A DNA stretch of 64,000 nucleotides from Candidatus Velthaea sp. (GTDB lineage Bacteria; Vulcanimicrobiota; Vulcanimicrobiia; Vulcanimicrobiales; Vulcanimicrobiaceae): positions 64,001 through 128,000 of the forward strand of contig JBEKHC010000001.1 of assembly GCA_050012475.1 (NCBI GenBank), read 5' to 3'. The translations under genes were made by a program, and so were the position numbers. The notes under the pieces are model-generated. The model did no database searches and was not told the DNA's origin. It saw only the letters and a program-made list of their open reading frames with translations. Shown here in pieces: positions 27,122 to 35,991 of this stretch. The stretch's first letter is position 1. Every line of letters starts with the position of its first letter.

Positions 27122-30100
27122 ATGCGCGCTGTTAGTCGTTCGCCACGTTCGACGATCTGGCAGCGCGCTGCCCTCGTTCGTAACTTCGTCGAACTGCTGT
27201 CGACTCAAGCACCCGCCGGAGATGTCTGGTCGATGTGCTGTGAGCCGATCGCCAACCTCATGGAAGCCCGCGGCGTCTCGATCGTCTTTTGCGAAGAGAG
27301 CGGGGACCGCGTTGCTTGTCAGATGGTCGACGGCGTTGCGACTTTTCCCAAGGAGACCGGGTTGGCGCCCCACTCGCTTGCCGCCGACGTCATCGCCGCG
27401 AATGCTACCGTGATCCGCGAACGCCCGGACCCGACCCAAACCTCGATCGGCGTTCCAATTCGTTTCGGGACAGCGTTGCTGGGTGCGATCTGTGTGGAAA
27501 ACGCCGTTCGTCCCGATCGGGAACTCATTACCCTGCTTGAATCGTGCGCGCTTTCGGCGGGCGCGCGGATCAATACCGACGCGATGGTCGACAATACGGC
27601 GCGCTACGAGCGGCTCGCATTCACCGATGCGCTGACCGGGATTGCGAATCGCCGTCGATTCGACGAAACGCTCGCCCTCGAGTGGTCGCGGGCCGCACGC
27701 AGCGGTTCGTCGTTGACTTTGTTGATGATGGACGTCGACCATTTCAAGCTGTACAACGATGCGTACGGTCATCCGGCGGGCGACGTCTGTCTCAAACACA
27801 TCGCGAGCGCGATCAAAGAGAGTACTCAGCGCTCTGCCGACCTCGGTGCCCGCTACGGTGGCGAAGAGTTCGTTGCGCTTTTGCCCGGGGTCGATCTCGA
27901 AGGCGGAACGCGCGTCGGCGAGGCGCTGCAACTCAACGTCGCAACCCGCGACATCGCGCACAGCGGGTCGTCGTTGTCGCGCGTTTCGCTTAGCATCGGC
28001 GTTGCCTCGATGGTCCCCAGCTTCGACAGCCGCTGCGACGTGCTGCTCACGGCGGCTGATGCGGCGCTGTACGAAGCTAAGCGCAGCGGCCGCAATCGCG
28101 TTTTCGCGGTCGGGTACACGCCGCCGGTTCAGCCGCAGCCGGCGCTCGTGCGCAATGTCGCGGCGCTCAACAACCTGCCCCAACAGCATACGCGCTTGAT
28201 CGGCCGCGTAACCGAAGTCTCCGAGATCATCGAACTCCTCGAGGAGTCGCCGCTGGTCACGCTTCAGGCCTGCGGAGGTGCCGGCAAGACCCGCATCAGC
28301 GTCGCGATCGCAACCGAGATGAGTGCCGCGTTCCCGGATGGTACGTGGTTCGTGGATCTTGCCCGGGTGACCGATCCGGCCCTCATCCCCGGAACGATCG
28401 GTTCGCTTTTCCGGCTCGAGATCACACCGGGTGCAAACGCCGCTGGTTCGCTTGCACGAGCGCTCGCCGCCAAGAACACGCTGCTCGTCTTCGACAACTG
28501 CGAACACGTTCTCGAGGCGACTGCCGAAGTCGCCACGGCGTTATTGCAGACGTGCGGCGGCGTGCGGATCCTGGCGACGAGCCGGGAGCCCTTGGGTATC
28601 CGCGGCGAGACCATCTACCGGTTACCGCTCCTCGCGGTTCCGCCGTTGGACGCTCCGCTCGATGCCGAGAGAGCCACCGGCTACGAGGCCGTCGCGCTGT
28701 TCGTCGAACGAGCCAAGGCGGCGAAGCGTGATTTTCGCCTCACCGACGAGAACGCCGCCATCGTCGGCGCGATCGTTCGTCAGCTCGACGGGATTGCGTT
28801 GGCAATCGAACTCGCCGCCGCGCGCGTCAGCGTCATCAGCGTCGGCGAGATTGCCAAACGTTTGGGCGAACGCTTTCGGTTGCTCAAGGGCGGCGACCGA
28901 ACGGCATTGCCCCGGCAGCAGACGATGCGCGCGCTCATCGATTGGAGCTACGATCTGCTCTCGCTCGAGGAGCAGCTCGTCTTCCGCCGGTTGTCGGTTT
29001 TCGTCGGTGGCTGGACGCTCGAGGCGATGAGCGAGATTTGCGCCGGCGGTGAACTCGACGAAGACGACGTATTCGATTTGCTCGGCGGCCTCGTCCGCAA
29101 GTCGCTCGTCGTCGATACGATCGACGACTCGACGAGCCGCTATCGCCTATTGGAGTCGGTGCGTGAGTACGCCGGCGAGAAGCTCGATGCTGAAGCGGAG
29201 AGCGACGACCTGCACCGCCGTCACGCGCACTACTACCTCGTGCTGGCCGAAGCCGCGAAGTCGACGTACTACACGACGGCCTCGAAACAGTGGCTGCTCA
29301 AGTTTCTTCCGGAGTGGGAGAATTTCCGCGGCGCGCTGCACTGGTCGCTGGCTCTGGGCAAGGATATCAAGCTCGGGGCGACGCTGGCTGGTGCGCTCGT
29401 GATGTTCTTGTCCCACGTTTCACCCAATGAGAGCCTCCGCTGGACACGCATGGCGCTGGCGCGCTTGCCGGCCGACAGCGAACCCGCGATCGAAGCCGCC
29501 CTATGGTACGGCGTCGGGCGAGCCGCCGAAAATCTGCCTGCCGACCAAATGCGCGCCGCTGCCGAACGCGCCGTCGCGCTTGCGCGCGTCGCCGGCAATC
29601 AACAGTTGCTGGGTGAAGCGCTGCGTCGGCTCATGGTCGTCCTGGGCTGGTATTATCCCGAAGAACAGGCGTTCACCGCGGCCCTGGGGCAAGAAGCCAT
29701 CGAGTCGGCGCGCGCCTTGGGCGAGCCGATCGAAATCGCGCTGGCCCTGCGCAGTTTGAGCGTCTCAATCGATAACTCCGATGTCGCGCGCAAGCTGGCC
29801 GTTCTCGAAGAGAGCCTGACCCTGCTCTTGGCGCACGGCAACGATTTACAAACTGCCGTGGCCTTCATGTGGCTGGCTGAGTATGATTTCTGCTTCGGCG
29901 GAGCGCTCAAGGCTACGAGCTACGCCCGCGAAGCGATGCGGTCCGCCGAAGAATCGGGCTCGGGCAGCATGCTCGCTCAGATGGCCACGAACCTAGCCCA
30001 GTACGCAGCCGCCGAAGGCGACTGGGCAGCCACGCGCAAGGCGGCTGCCAACGCCGCCGAAGCCGCCGGTCAGCTCGGCATGGACGATCAGGTCACCTGG

Positions 30101-30367
30101 GCGATACAAGCACTGGCGATCGCGAGCGCCGGGGCCGGCGATTGCCAAACGGCCGCGCGGCTTCTGGGCTTTTGCGATAGCCGAACCGGTACGCTGCACA
30201 GTCAGCGCCAGGTGAACGGCGCCGAAGACATCTTGTATCGCCGGTTGCTGGCAACGCTCAAAGAAGAGCTTGACCCAGCGGTGATGGATGCTGAAATGAA
30301 GTGCGGCGTGGGTCTCACCGAAACCGAGGCGGTCCAGGCCGGACTCGCCGTCGCCCTAGCGGCCTGA
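27122..30367 (+). CDS. GAF-like / diguanylate cyclase (GGDEF) / STAND-type ATPase / TPR-like multidomain protein
   Basis: DALTGIANRR, DVDHFKLYND, RSAD I-site, RYGGEEF; NNLP..LIGR, ACGGAGKTR Walker A, LLVFDNCEH Walker B, LDGIALAIELAAAR; helical C-terminus; AAGGAGGAG RBS. Confidence 0.9.
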   Translation: MRAVSRSPRSTIWQRAALVRNFVELLSTQAPAGDVWSMCCEPIANLMEARGVSIVFCEESGDRVACQMVDGVATFPKETGLAPHSLAADVIAANATVIRERPDPTQTSIGVPIRFGTALLGAICVENAVRPDRELITLLESCALSAGARINTDAMVDNTARYERLAFTDALTGIANRRRFDETLALEWSRAARSGSSLTLLMMDVDHFKLYNDAYGHPAGDVCLKHIASAIKESTQRSADLGARYGGEEFVALLPGVDLEGGTRVGEALQLNVATRDIAHSGSSLSRVSLSIGVASMVPSFDSRCDVLLTAADAALYEAKRSGRNRVFAVGYTPPVQPQPALVRNVAALNNLPQQHTRLIGRVTEVSEIIELLEESPLVTLQACGGAGKTRISVAIATEMSAAFPDGTWFVDLARVTDPALIPGTIGSLFRLEITPGANAAGSLARALAAKNTLLVFDNCEHVLEATAEVATALLQTCGGVRILATSREPLGIRGETIYRLPLLAVPPLDAPLDAERATGYEAVALFVERAKAAKRDFRLTDENAAIVGAIVRQLDGIALAIELAAARVSVISVGEIAKRLGERFRLLKGGDRTALPRQQTMRALIDWSYDLLSLEEQLVFRRLSVFVGGWTLEAMSEICAGGELDEDDVFDLLGGLVRKSLVVDTIDDSTSRYRLLESVREYAGEKLDAEAESDDLHRRHAHYYLVLAEAAKSTYYTTASKQWLLKFLPEWENFRGALHWSLALGKDIKLGATLAGALVMFLSHVSPNESLRWTRMALARLPADSEPAIEAALWYGVGRAAENLPADQMRAAAERAVALARVAGNQQLLGEALRRLMVVLGWYYPEEQAFTAALGQEAIESARALGEPIEIALALRSLSVSIDNSDVARKLAVLEESLTLLLAHGNDLQTAVAFMWLAEYDFCFGGALKATSYAREAMRSAEESGSGSMLAQMATNLAQYAAAEGDWAATRKAAANAAEAAGQLGMDDQVTWAIQALAIASAGAGDCQTAARLLGFCDSRTGTLHSQRQVNGAEDILYRRLLATLKEELDPAVMDAEMKCGVGLTETEAVQAGLAVALAA

Positions 30368-30378
30368 AACGTTCGCCG

Positions 30379-32220
30379 TTAGACCGCGCGCACGTCGGGT
30401 GCCAGCGGCGGATCGAACGGCGCGCCGTTGCGATAGCGTGCCAACTCAATTGCGCTCAGCGCAACCGAGGCATGCGCGACCACCCGCGCGAGGTGTTCGC
30501 GTTCTTCGGGATCGAGATCCAGCCCGCTGACGTTGTGACCGTACATCACGATGCCCAGCACGGCCCGGTCGAAAAAGATCGGCGCGGCGAACGTGAGCCG
30601 CTCACCGGGAAATGCGCGGGCGATGATCCCGCTGTCCTTACTGCTGAAGCTCAATGCGCCGCGCGTACGCGTGAGCTTGCGGGTCAATTCGTCGTCGGCC
30701 GCCAACCGGGTGATGCAGTCGCTGGGCCAGTTGTGCTCGTACGATAAAGCGTAGTCGCCGGAGGGAAGCCGGGCGAGAAAGCCGCCGAAAGAAAGCTGCA
30801 GCGCGTGCGCGGCGTCGGCAAGCAGTGCCCGGTACACGTCGTCGCGCGCTTCGGCGTCGAGAATGTATCCCTCGATGAGTTCGAGCGCCCGGCGCTGATC
30901 GCGCCGGTTACGGAAAATGAAACGATCGACGACGTGCTGCAGAATCGGATTGATCTTGCCGGTCGCCGCTCCGATTCCCATCGACAGTAAAATGATGAAC
31001 CCGTACGCGACGTCGGTGTTGTTATAGAATACGTAGGTGCCGACTTCTTCGATGACGCTCACCGTCCCGAACGCGGCGGCGGTCAGAGCGACGTACACGA
31101 TCGCGCGGCTCACGACGAAGTCGACATTGAAGAAACGCTGCCGCAACACTGCAATCCCGACGCCGACGATCGGCACGATCGTCGCCGACACGAGGATACC
31201 GTTGACCCAGGGCGGTATCCAGCGCGGGAACAGTTCGTCCGAAGCCAGCCGCGCGGCCGCCGCGAAAAGGAACGTCGCAACGATCCAAACGATGCGCTGC
31301 CGCTCGATCCCGCGCGCGCGTACGAACGCGATCACGAACGTGACCGTGGTGAGCACGGTCAGGACGTCGGCGGCGGTCGTCGAGAAACGGCCGATACGAC
31401 CCGCCGGCTCACCGGCGTAGGTGAGCAGCCACGCGCCGTACGCGTCGACCGTTCCCAACGCCAGCGCGGTCGCCGCGCAAAGCAGCGCGAAGACGCGCTC
31501 GCGCCGCGCGTCGGCGTCGCCGTCGATCAAGCACAGCGCAAAGAGCAAGAGCGCCGGACGCGCAGCACCGCGAAGCGTGTCCCCGAACCATTGCGGAATC
31601 GGCCGCCAGGGGTTGGGAACGATGAGATCCAGATACGTCGTGGGCGCTTCGGCGCCTAAACAAAAGACCAAGAACGCTGCCGTCGCGATGCCGGGCTTGA
31701 CCAAAAAGAGAATCGCGCCGATCGCGATCGAAATGATGAAGATGGTGATGCGCAAGACGGCGAAGAACCGGCTCGCGGGCGACTCGGGCCGCGCGACGAG
31801 ATGCAGCACCTGAACTCGTCCGTTTCGCTCGACCGGCAAGAACCGGTCGGGGTTGTCATACGTGAAGCCGACGCCCGCGAGCCCGGGCTTGCGATCGTAG
31901 GGCTTGATCCGATCGATCCGCACGCGATCGTGGATGGCGATACGGTCGGGCCGCGACGGCTGCTGCTTGTCGTTTTTGGATCGCGGTCGCGCGGGGCTGC
32001 GGCGGGCTGCTTCCGGGCGAGCATTCGTTGCATGCGCGCTCAGGACGACGCCGTCACCGTCGGTGACGTAATCGAAAACGTTGAGCGGATAGACGACGCG
32101 CACGAGGTCGGGGACGACGCGGGCCAGGGCGAACGCGACGAAGATCCCGACGAGAACCAAGCGCACCCACTGCGCGCGGTTCAAATAAACCCGGGGCAGG
32201 TCGGCTTCGAGATCTTTCAC
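30379..32220 (-). CDS. Multi-pass membrane protein with C-terminal GAF-like domain
   Basis: N-terminal TM, extracytoplasmic loop, many TM helices, then GAF-like ..APIF..LGIVMYG..DLDPEEREHL; start GTG 32220 uncertain. Confidence 0.7.
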   Translation of the reverse strand: MKDLEADLPRVYLNRAQWVRLVLVGIFVAFALARVVPDLVRVVYPLNVFDYVTDGDGVVLSAHATNARPEAARRSPARPRSKNDKQQPSRPDRIAIHDRVRIDRIKPYDRKPGLAGVGFTYDNPDRFLPVERNGRVQVLHLVARPESPASRFFAVLRITIFIISIAIGAILFLVKPGIATAAFLVFCLGAEAPTTYLDLIVPNPWRPIPQWFGDTLRGAARPALLLFALCLIDGDADARRERVFALLCAATALALGTVDAYGAWLLTYAGEPAGRIGRFSTTAADVLTVLTTVTFVIAFVRARGIERQRIVWIVATFLFAAAARLASDELFPRWIPPWVNGILVSATIVPIVGVGIAVLRQRFFNVDFVVSRAIVYVALTAAAFGTVSVIEEVGTYVFYNNTDVAYGFIILLSMGIGAATGKINPILQHVVDRFIFRNRRDQRRALELIEGYILDAEARDDVYRALLADAAHALQLSFGGFLARLPSGDYALSYEHNWPSDCITRLAADDELTRKLTRTRGALSFSSKDSGIIARAFPGERLTFAAPIFFDRAVLGIVMYGHNVSGLDLDPEEREHLARVVAHASVALSAIELARYRNGAPFDPPLAPDVRAV

Positions 32221-32552
32221 GCCCCGGCGTTTTACCCAATCGCCGGCCGTTGCCGGCGTCGCGACGTCGCGGCGTCGGTTTCGCCTTCTTTGCGCACCGC
32301 TGCGTAAGCGCTGCGCGCGATAAGCTCGCCGCTGCAGACCTCGTGCTGCGCAAGCGGCTTGCCGCACGTGCCGGCGTTGCTGAGATCGTTGGTCGCAGGG
32401 GTCGAGCGCGGCGCGTGATTTGCGGCGCAACTTCTCGCGGAACCGTCGTGAACCGGGTCGTGACTGCCCGCTGCACGGTCGTCTGAAAGAAATGTTCGGA
32501 AAATATCAGGTCCGTCAGATGCGCGGCGCTTCCGGGGCGCGAAAGGCAGGGC

Positions 32553-34532
32553 ATGGATACCATGCCGAGCAGCCTTGAAAGCTGGACGCCGTCCCCCGAG
32601 CAGATCGCGGAAGCCAACCTGACCGCGTTTCTCCAAAGGTCGGGGCAGCCCGATTACCACGCGTTGCTTGCCGCCGTCAAGGCCGATGTGCCGGGCTTCT
32701 ACGAACGCATCGTGCGGACGCTCGATCTGCGTTGGGACCAGCCCTGGAATACGGTGCTCGACCTGTCGCGCGGCAAGCCGTTCGCGACCTGGTTTCCCGG
32801 CGCGCAGTTCAACGCCGCCGCGAATTGCCTCGACCGTCATGTCGACGCCGGACGCGGCGGGGACCGCGCTTTGAGCTGGGAGGGTGAGGACGGCGGGGTC
32901 CGGACGTTTACCTTTACCGAATTGCGCGACGCCGTCGCCCGGCTTGCAGGCGCGCTGCGCGCCCTGGGCGTGGGCGAAGGCGACACGGTCGGAATCTTCA
33001 TGCCGCTGTTGCCCGAAACCGCGATCGGCCTGCTCGCGATCGCGTATCTGGGTGCGATCGCTGTTCCGGCCTTCTCGGGCTACGGCCCCGACGCGTTGGC
33101 GTCGCGGCTGGCCGACGCGCGGGCCAAAGTGTTGTTGACCGTCGACGGCGTGAGCCGCCGCGGCAAGGGCGTCGCCACGAAGTCGATCGTCGATGATGCG
33201 CTGCGGAACGCGCCGTCGGTGAAAAGCGTGCTGGTCTTCGACCGCGTCGGGGTCGAGGTTCCCATGCAGAGCGGCCGCGACTTCTCTTGGCGCGAGCGGA
33301 CCGCGGCCGCAACTCCGCTTGCGACCTACGTGCGAACGTCGGCCAACGCCCAAGTCATGCTGCTGTACACATCGGGCTCGACGGGCAAACCCAAAGGCGC
33401 GAACCACGTGCACGCCGGGTTCCCGTTGAAGTGCATGATCGATCAGCACCTGTGCATGGACGTCAAGCCCGGTGACCGGATGTTGTGGTTCACCGACATG
33501 GGCTGGATGATGGGCCCATTTCTGGTTTTTGGCTCACTGGGTCTGGGCGCGTCGATCGTGCTCTACGAGGGGACCCCGGATTATCCGACGCCCGACCGGC
33601 TGTGGAACATCTGCGCCACGCACGGTGTCACGCATCTGGGGATCGCGCCGACGGCGATCCGGTCGCTTATGGCGCACGGCGACGACTATCCGCGCCGCCA
33701 CGATTTGTCCGGGCTGCGCATCCTGGCCAGTTCCGGCGAGCCGTGGAACACCGAACCGTGGAAATGGTTTGCGACAAACGTCGGACGCGGTGTCGCGCCG
33801 ATCATCAATTACTCGGGCGGCACGGAGATCGGCGGCGGCATCATCGGCGCGTTTCCGACGATGCCGCTGGTTCCCAACAGCTTCCACGGCCCGATACCCG
33901 GGATGGTCGCCGACGTGTACGATGTCGCTGGTAAACCCGTTCGCGACGCCGTCGGCGAATTGGTCATCACCGAGCCGTGGCCCGGAATGACGCAGAGCTT
34001 TTGGAACGGCGATCCGAGCTCGCGCGACGACGAACGGTTCATCGCGACGTATTGGAACCGGTTCGAGAACACGTGGGTCCACGGCGACTGGTGCATCGTG
34101 GAGCCGCAAGGCGACGCCGAGTACTGGTTCATTCGCGGACGCAGCGACGATACGATAAACGTCGCCGGCAAACGCGTCGGTCCCGCGGAGTTCGAAAGCG
34201 CCGTCGGTGCGCACCCGAAGGTCAAAGAGGCTGCCGCCATTGCCGTTCCCGACGCGGTGAAGGGCGATGTCGTCGTCGTGCTCGCCGTTTTGCGCCAAGG
34301 CTCGGACGAAAGCGAGGCACTGCGTGCGGAACTCGTCGCGTGCGTCGATCGCGCGATGGGCAAGTCGCTGCGACCCAAGGCCATCCATTTTGTGGACGAT
34401 CTGCCCAAGACGCGCAACCTAAAGGTCATGCGGCGCGTGGCTCGCGCGCGTTATTTGGGCCTCGCGGATCTGGGCGATCTGTCGGCGCTCGAGAACGTCG
34501 CCTCCCTGGACGCGATCGACAAGCGCCGCTGA
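32553..34532 (+). CDS. AMP-dependent acyl-CoA synthetase (acetate-CoA ligase-like)
   Basis: YTSGSTGKPKG, GWMMGP, SGGTE, GRSDD, LPKTRNLK. Confidence 0.9.
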   Translation: MDTMPSSLESWTPSPEQIAEANLTAFLQRSGQPDYHALLAAVKADVPGFYERIVRTLDLRWDQPWNTVLDLSRGKPFATWFPGAQFNAAANCLDRHVDAGRGGDRALSWEGEDGGVRTFTFTELRDAVARLAGALRALGVGEGDTVGIFMPLLPETAIGLLAIAYLGAIAVPAFSGYGPDALASRLADARAKVLLTVDGVSRRGKGVATKSIVDDALRNAPSVKSVLVFDRVGVEVPMQSGRDFSWRERTAAATPLATYVRTSANAQVMLLYTSGSTGKPKGANHVHAGFPLKCMIDQHLCMDVKPGDRMLWFTDMGWMMGPFLVFGSLGLGASIVLYEGTPDYPTPDRLWNICATHGVTHLGIAPTAIRSLMAHGDDYPRRHDLSGLRILASSGEPWNTEPWKWFATNVGRGVAPIINYSGGTEIGGGIIGAFPTMPLVPNSFHGPIPGMVADVYDVAGKPVRDAVGELVITEPWPGMTQSFWNGDPSSRDDERFIATYWNRFENTWVHGDWCIVEPQGDAEYWFIRGRSDDTINVAGKRVGPAEFESAVGAHPKVKEAAAIAVPDAVKGDVVVVLAVLRQGSDESEALRAELVACVDRAMGKSLRPKAIHFVDDLPKTRNLKVMRRVARARYLGLADLGDLSALENVASLDAIDKRR

Positions 34533-34559
34533 AAATCATAAGCAGGGCGCGGTAATATG

Positions 34560-34568
34560 TGGTAAAAT
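34560..34568 (+). promoter_or_regulatory. Putative extended -10 promoter
   Basis: TGGTAAAAT in an AT-rich gap upstream of the LuxR-type gene. Confidence 0.35.
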
Positions 34569-34633
34569 ACCCCATGATGGGCAGTTTATTTGTTGCTTCA
34601 TCCGCGCTTTTACGGCTCGAAGAGTAAGGCTAC

Positions 34634-35617
34634 GTGATCGTGGATACTGGGCTTCGACCTCCCACGGATGCGCGCATCCGCGGAACCGTCGCGATGCGTA
34701 TCGTGGGCGAACTCATTACCCGTCTCGCCGGTGGTGAAGGCTGGGAGTTCGCGGCGTTCGACCGCGACGATGAGATCATCGTGACGGGCTCGTCCGGCCA
34801 AGCGACGCCGGACATCGCGTCGTTGCGGGCCGAGGTCCGCTTGCAGCGCTTCGGCGGGACGTCGTTGCCCCACGTGAGCACGGCGCTCTCATCGGAGCAG
34901 CGCCGCTCGCTGTACGTGATCTTCGGTGAATTCGGCGACCGCATCGCGATCTTGCGCATCACTCGCCCCGCCAACGGGAAGCCGTTTGTCGCGCGCGACG
35001 GCGCCGGGATCGAACGTTTCTTCCGCCAGCACGCCGAAGCGATCGCCGCCTCGATCTTCGAGTTCGACAGCGAGCACATCGACCGACTCGCGGTCCGGCG
35101 GGCCGCCCCGATCGCCTTCACGATCGACACCAAAGGAACGCTGGTGTCGACCATCGACGAAGCCGACGGTGAAGGGTCGTCGCTGCGCACGCATCTGATG
35201 CCGCGCAACGGCGAAGTCCCCGTGGTTCTGCGTTCGGTCATCGCCGATCTGCTCGAACGCTATCACGCCGGCGTCGCGCCGAGCGAGCTGGTCAGTATTT
35301 TGCCGTTCGCGCTCGTTCGGCTTGCCCCGCTGCGCTCGCGCTCGCCCCAGGCGGTCCTGCTCGTCACCATTGAGTGGCTGCGCAGCCGAGCGTCGCTCGA
35401 GATCACCGCGGCCCAGTACTCGATCAGTAAGCGCGAATTGCAGGTGCTCAGCGCGATGCTGCGCGGCGCCGCCGTCGCTGAGATTGCGGCCGAGTTGTCG
35501 ATCTCGGAGTCGACGGTCGTCTTCCACCTCAAGCGCATGCTCAAAAAGACACTGTCGAAGAATCGGACCGAACTTGCGGCAAGGATGTTAGGCTACGAAA
35601 TCTCCGCCGTCTCGTAA
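34634..35617 (+). CDS. LuxR-type HTH transcriptional regulator
   Basis: C-terminal SKRELQVL..EIAAELSISESTVVFHL. Confidence 0.8.
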   Translation: MIVDTGLRPPTDARIRGTVAMRIVGELITRLAGGEGWEFAAFDRDDEIIVTGSSGQATPDIASLRAEVRLQRFGGTSLPHVSTALSSEQRRSLYVIFGEFGDRIAILRITRPANGKPFVARDGAGIERFFRQHAEAIAASIFEFDSEHIDRLAVRRAAPIAFTIDTKGTLVSTIDEADGEGSSLRTHLMPRNGEVPVVLRSVIADLLERYHAGVAPSELVSILPFALVRLAPLRSRSPQAVLLVTIEWLRSRASLEITAAQYSISKRELQVLSAMLRGAAVAEIAAELSISESTVVFHLKRMLKKTLSKNRTELAARMLGYEISAVS

Positions 35618-35649
35618 ATAGGGCGACTTTTCCGCCAGCTCTTCGTTGC

Positions 35650-35880
35650 ACTCGGGTTCGTGTGCCTTAGCACACTTCACCCGAGCGCGCCTCGATCTGA
35701 CGAAAAATTCGCCCTATTTACAACCGGTGGTTGGTGGATTTTTCTACCGGCTCTCTGAGATTTTTCTGCCGGGTTCTGTGGGCTTGGGATCGTGTGCTTT
35801 GCACACTCCCAAGCGCGGTTCGATCTATTCTGCCGGGTCTGTGGGCTTGGGATCGTTTGCGGTGCATACTCCCAGCGCGG
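35650..35880. repeat. Three degenerate hairpin repeats between convergent genes
   Basis: CTTGGGATCGTGTGC-TTT-GCACACTCCCAAG at about 35783, tandem copy at about 35845, related CTCGGGTTCGTGTGC..GCACAC..CCCGAG at 35651. Confidence 0.7.
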
Positions 35881-35991
35881 GGGTCTTGAGATGACGGGCG
35901 ATTTGCCCTGGTGCAGTCGCTTTGGGGGCGGCTGCGTGGGTTTTGCTTGGTGGCTTGGTTGGCTGGTGAGCGGGTTTCTTGCTGATTTGGA

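Noticed and set aside
32232..32520. Possible small minus-strand ORF containing TCGKPLAQHEVC
   Set aside because: No convincing start codon or RBS; it is the tail of a shadow ORF
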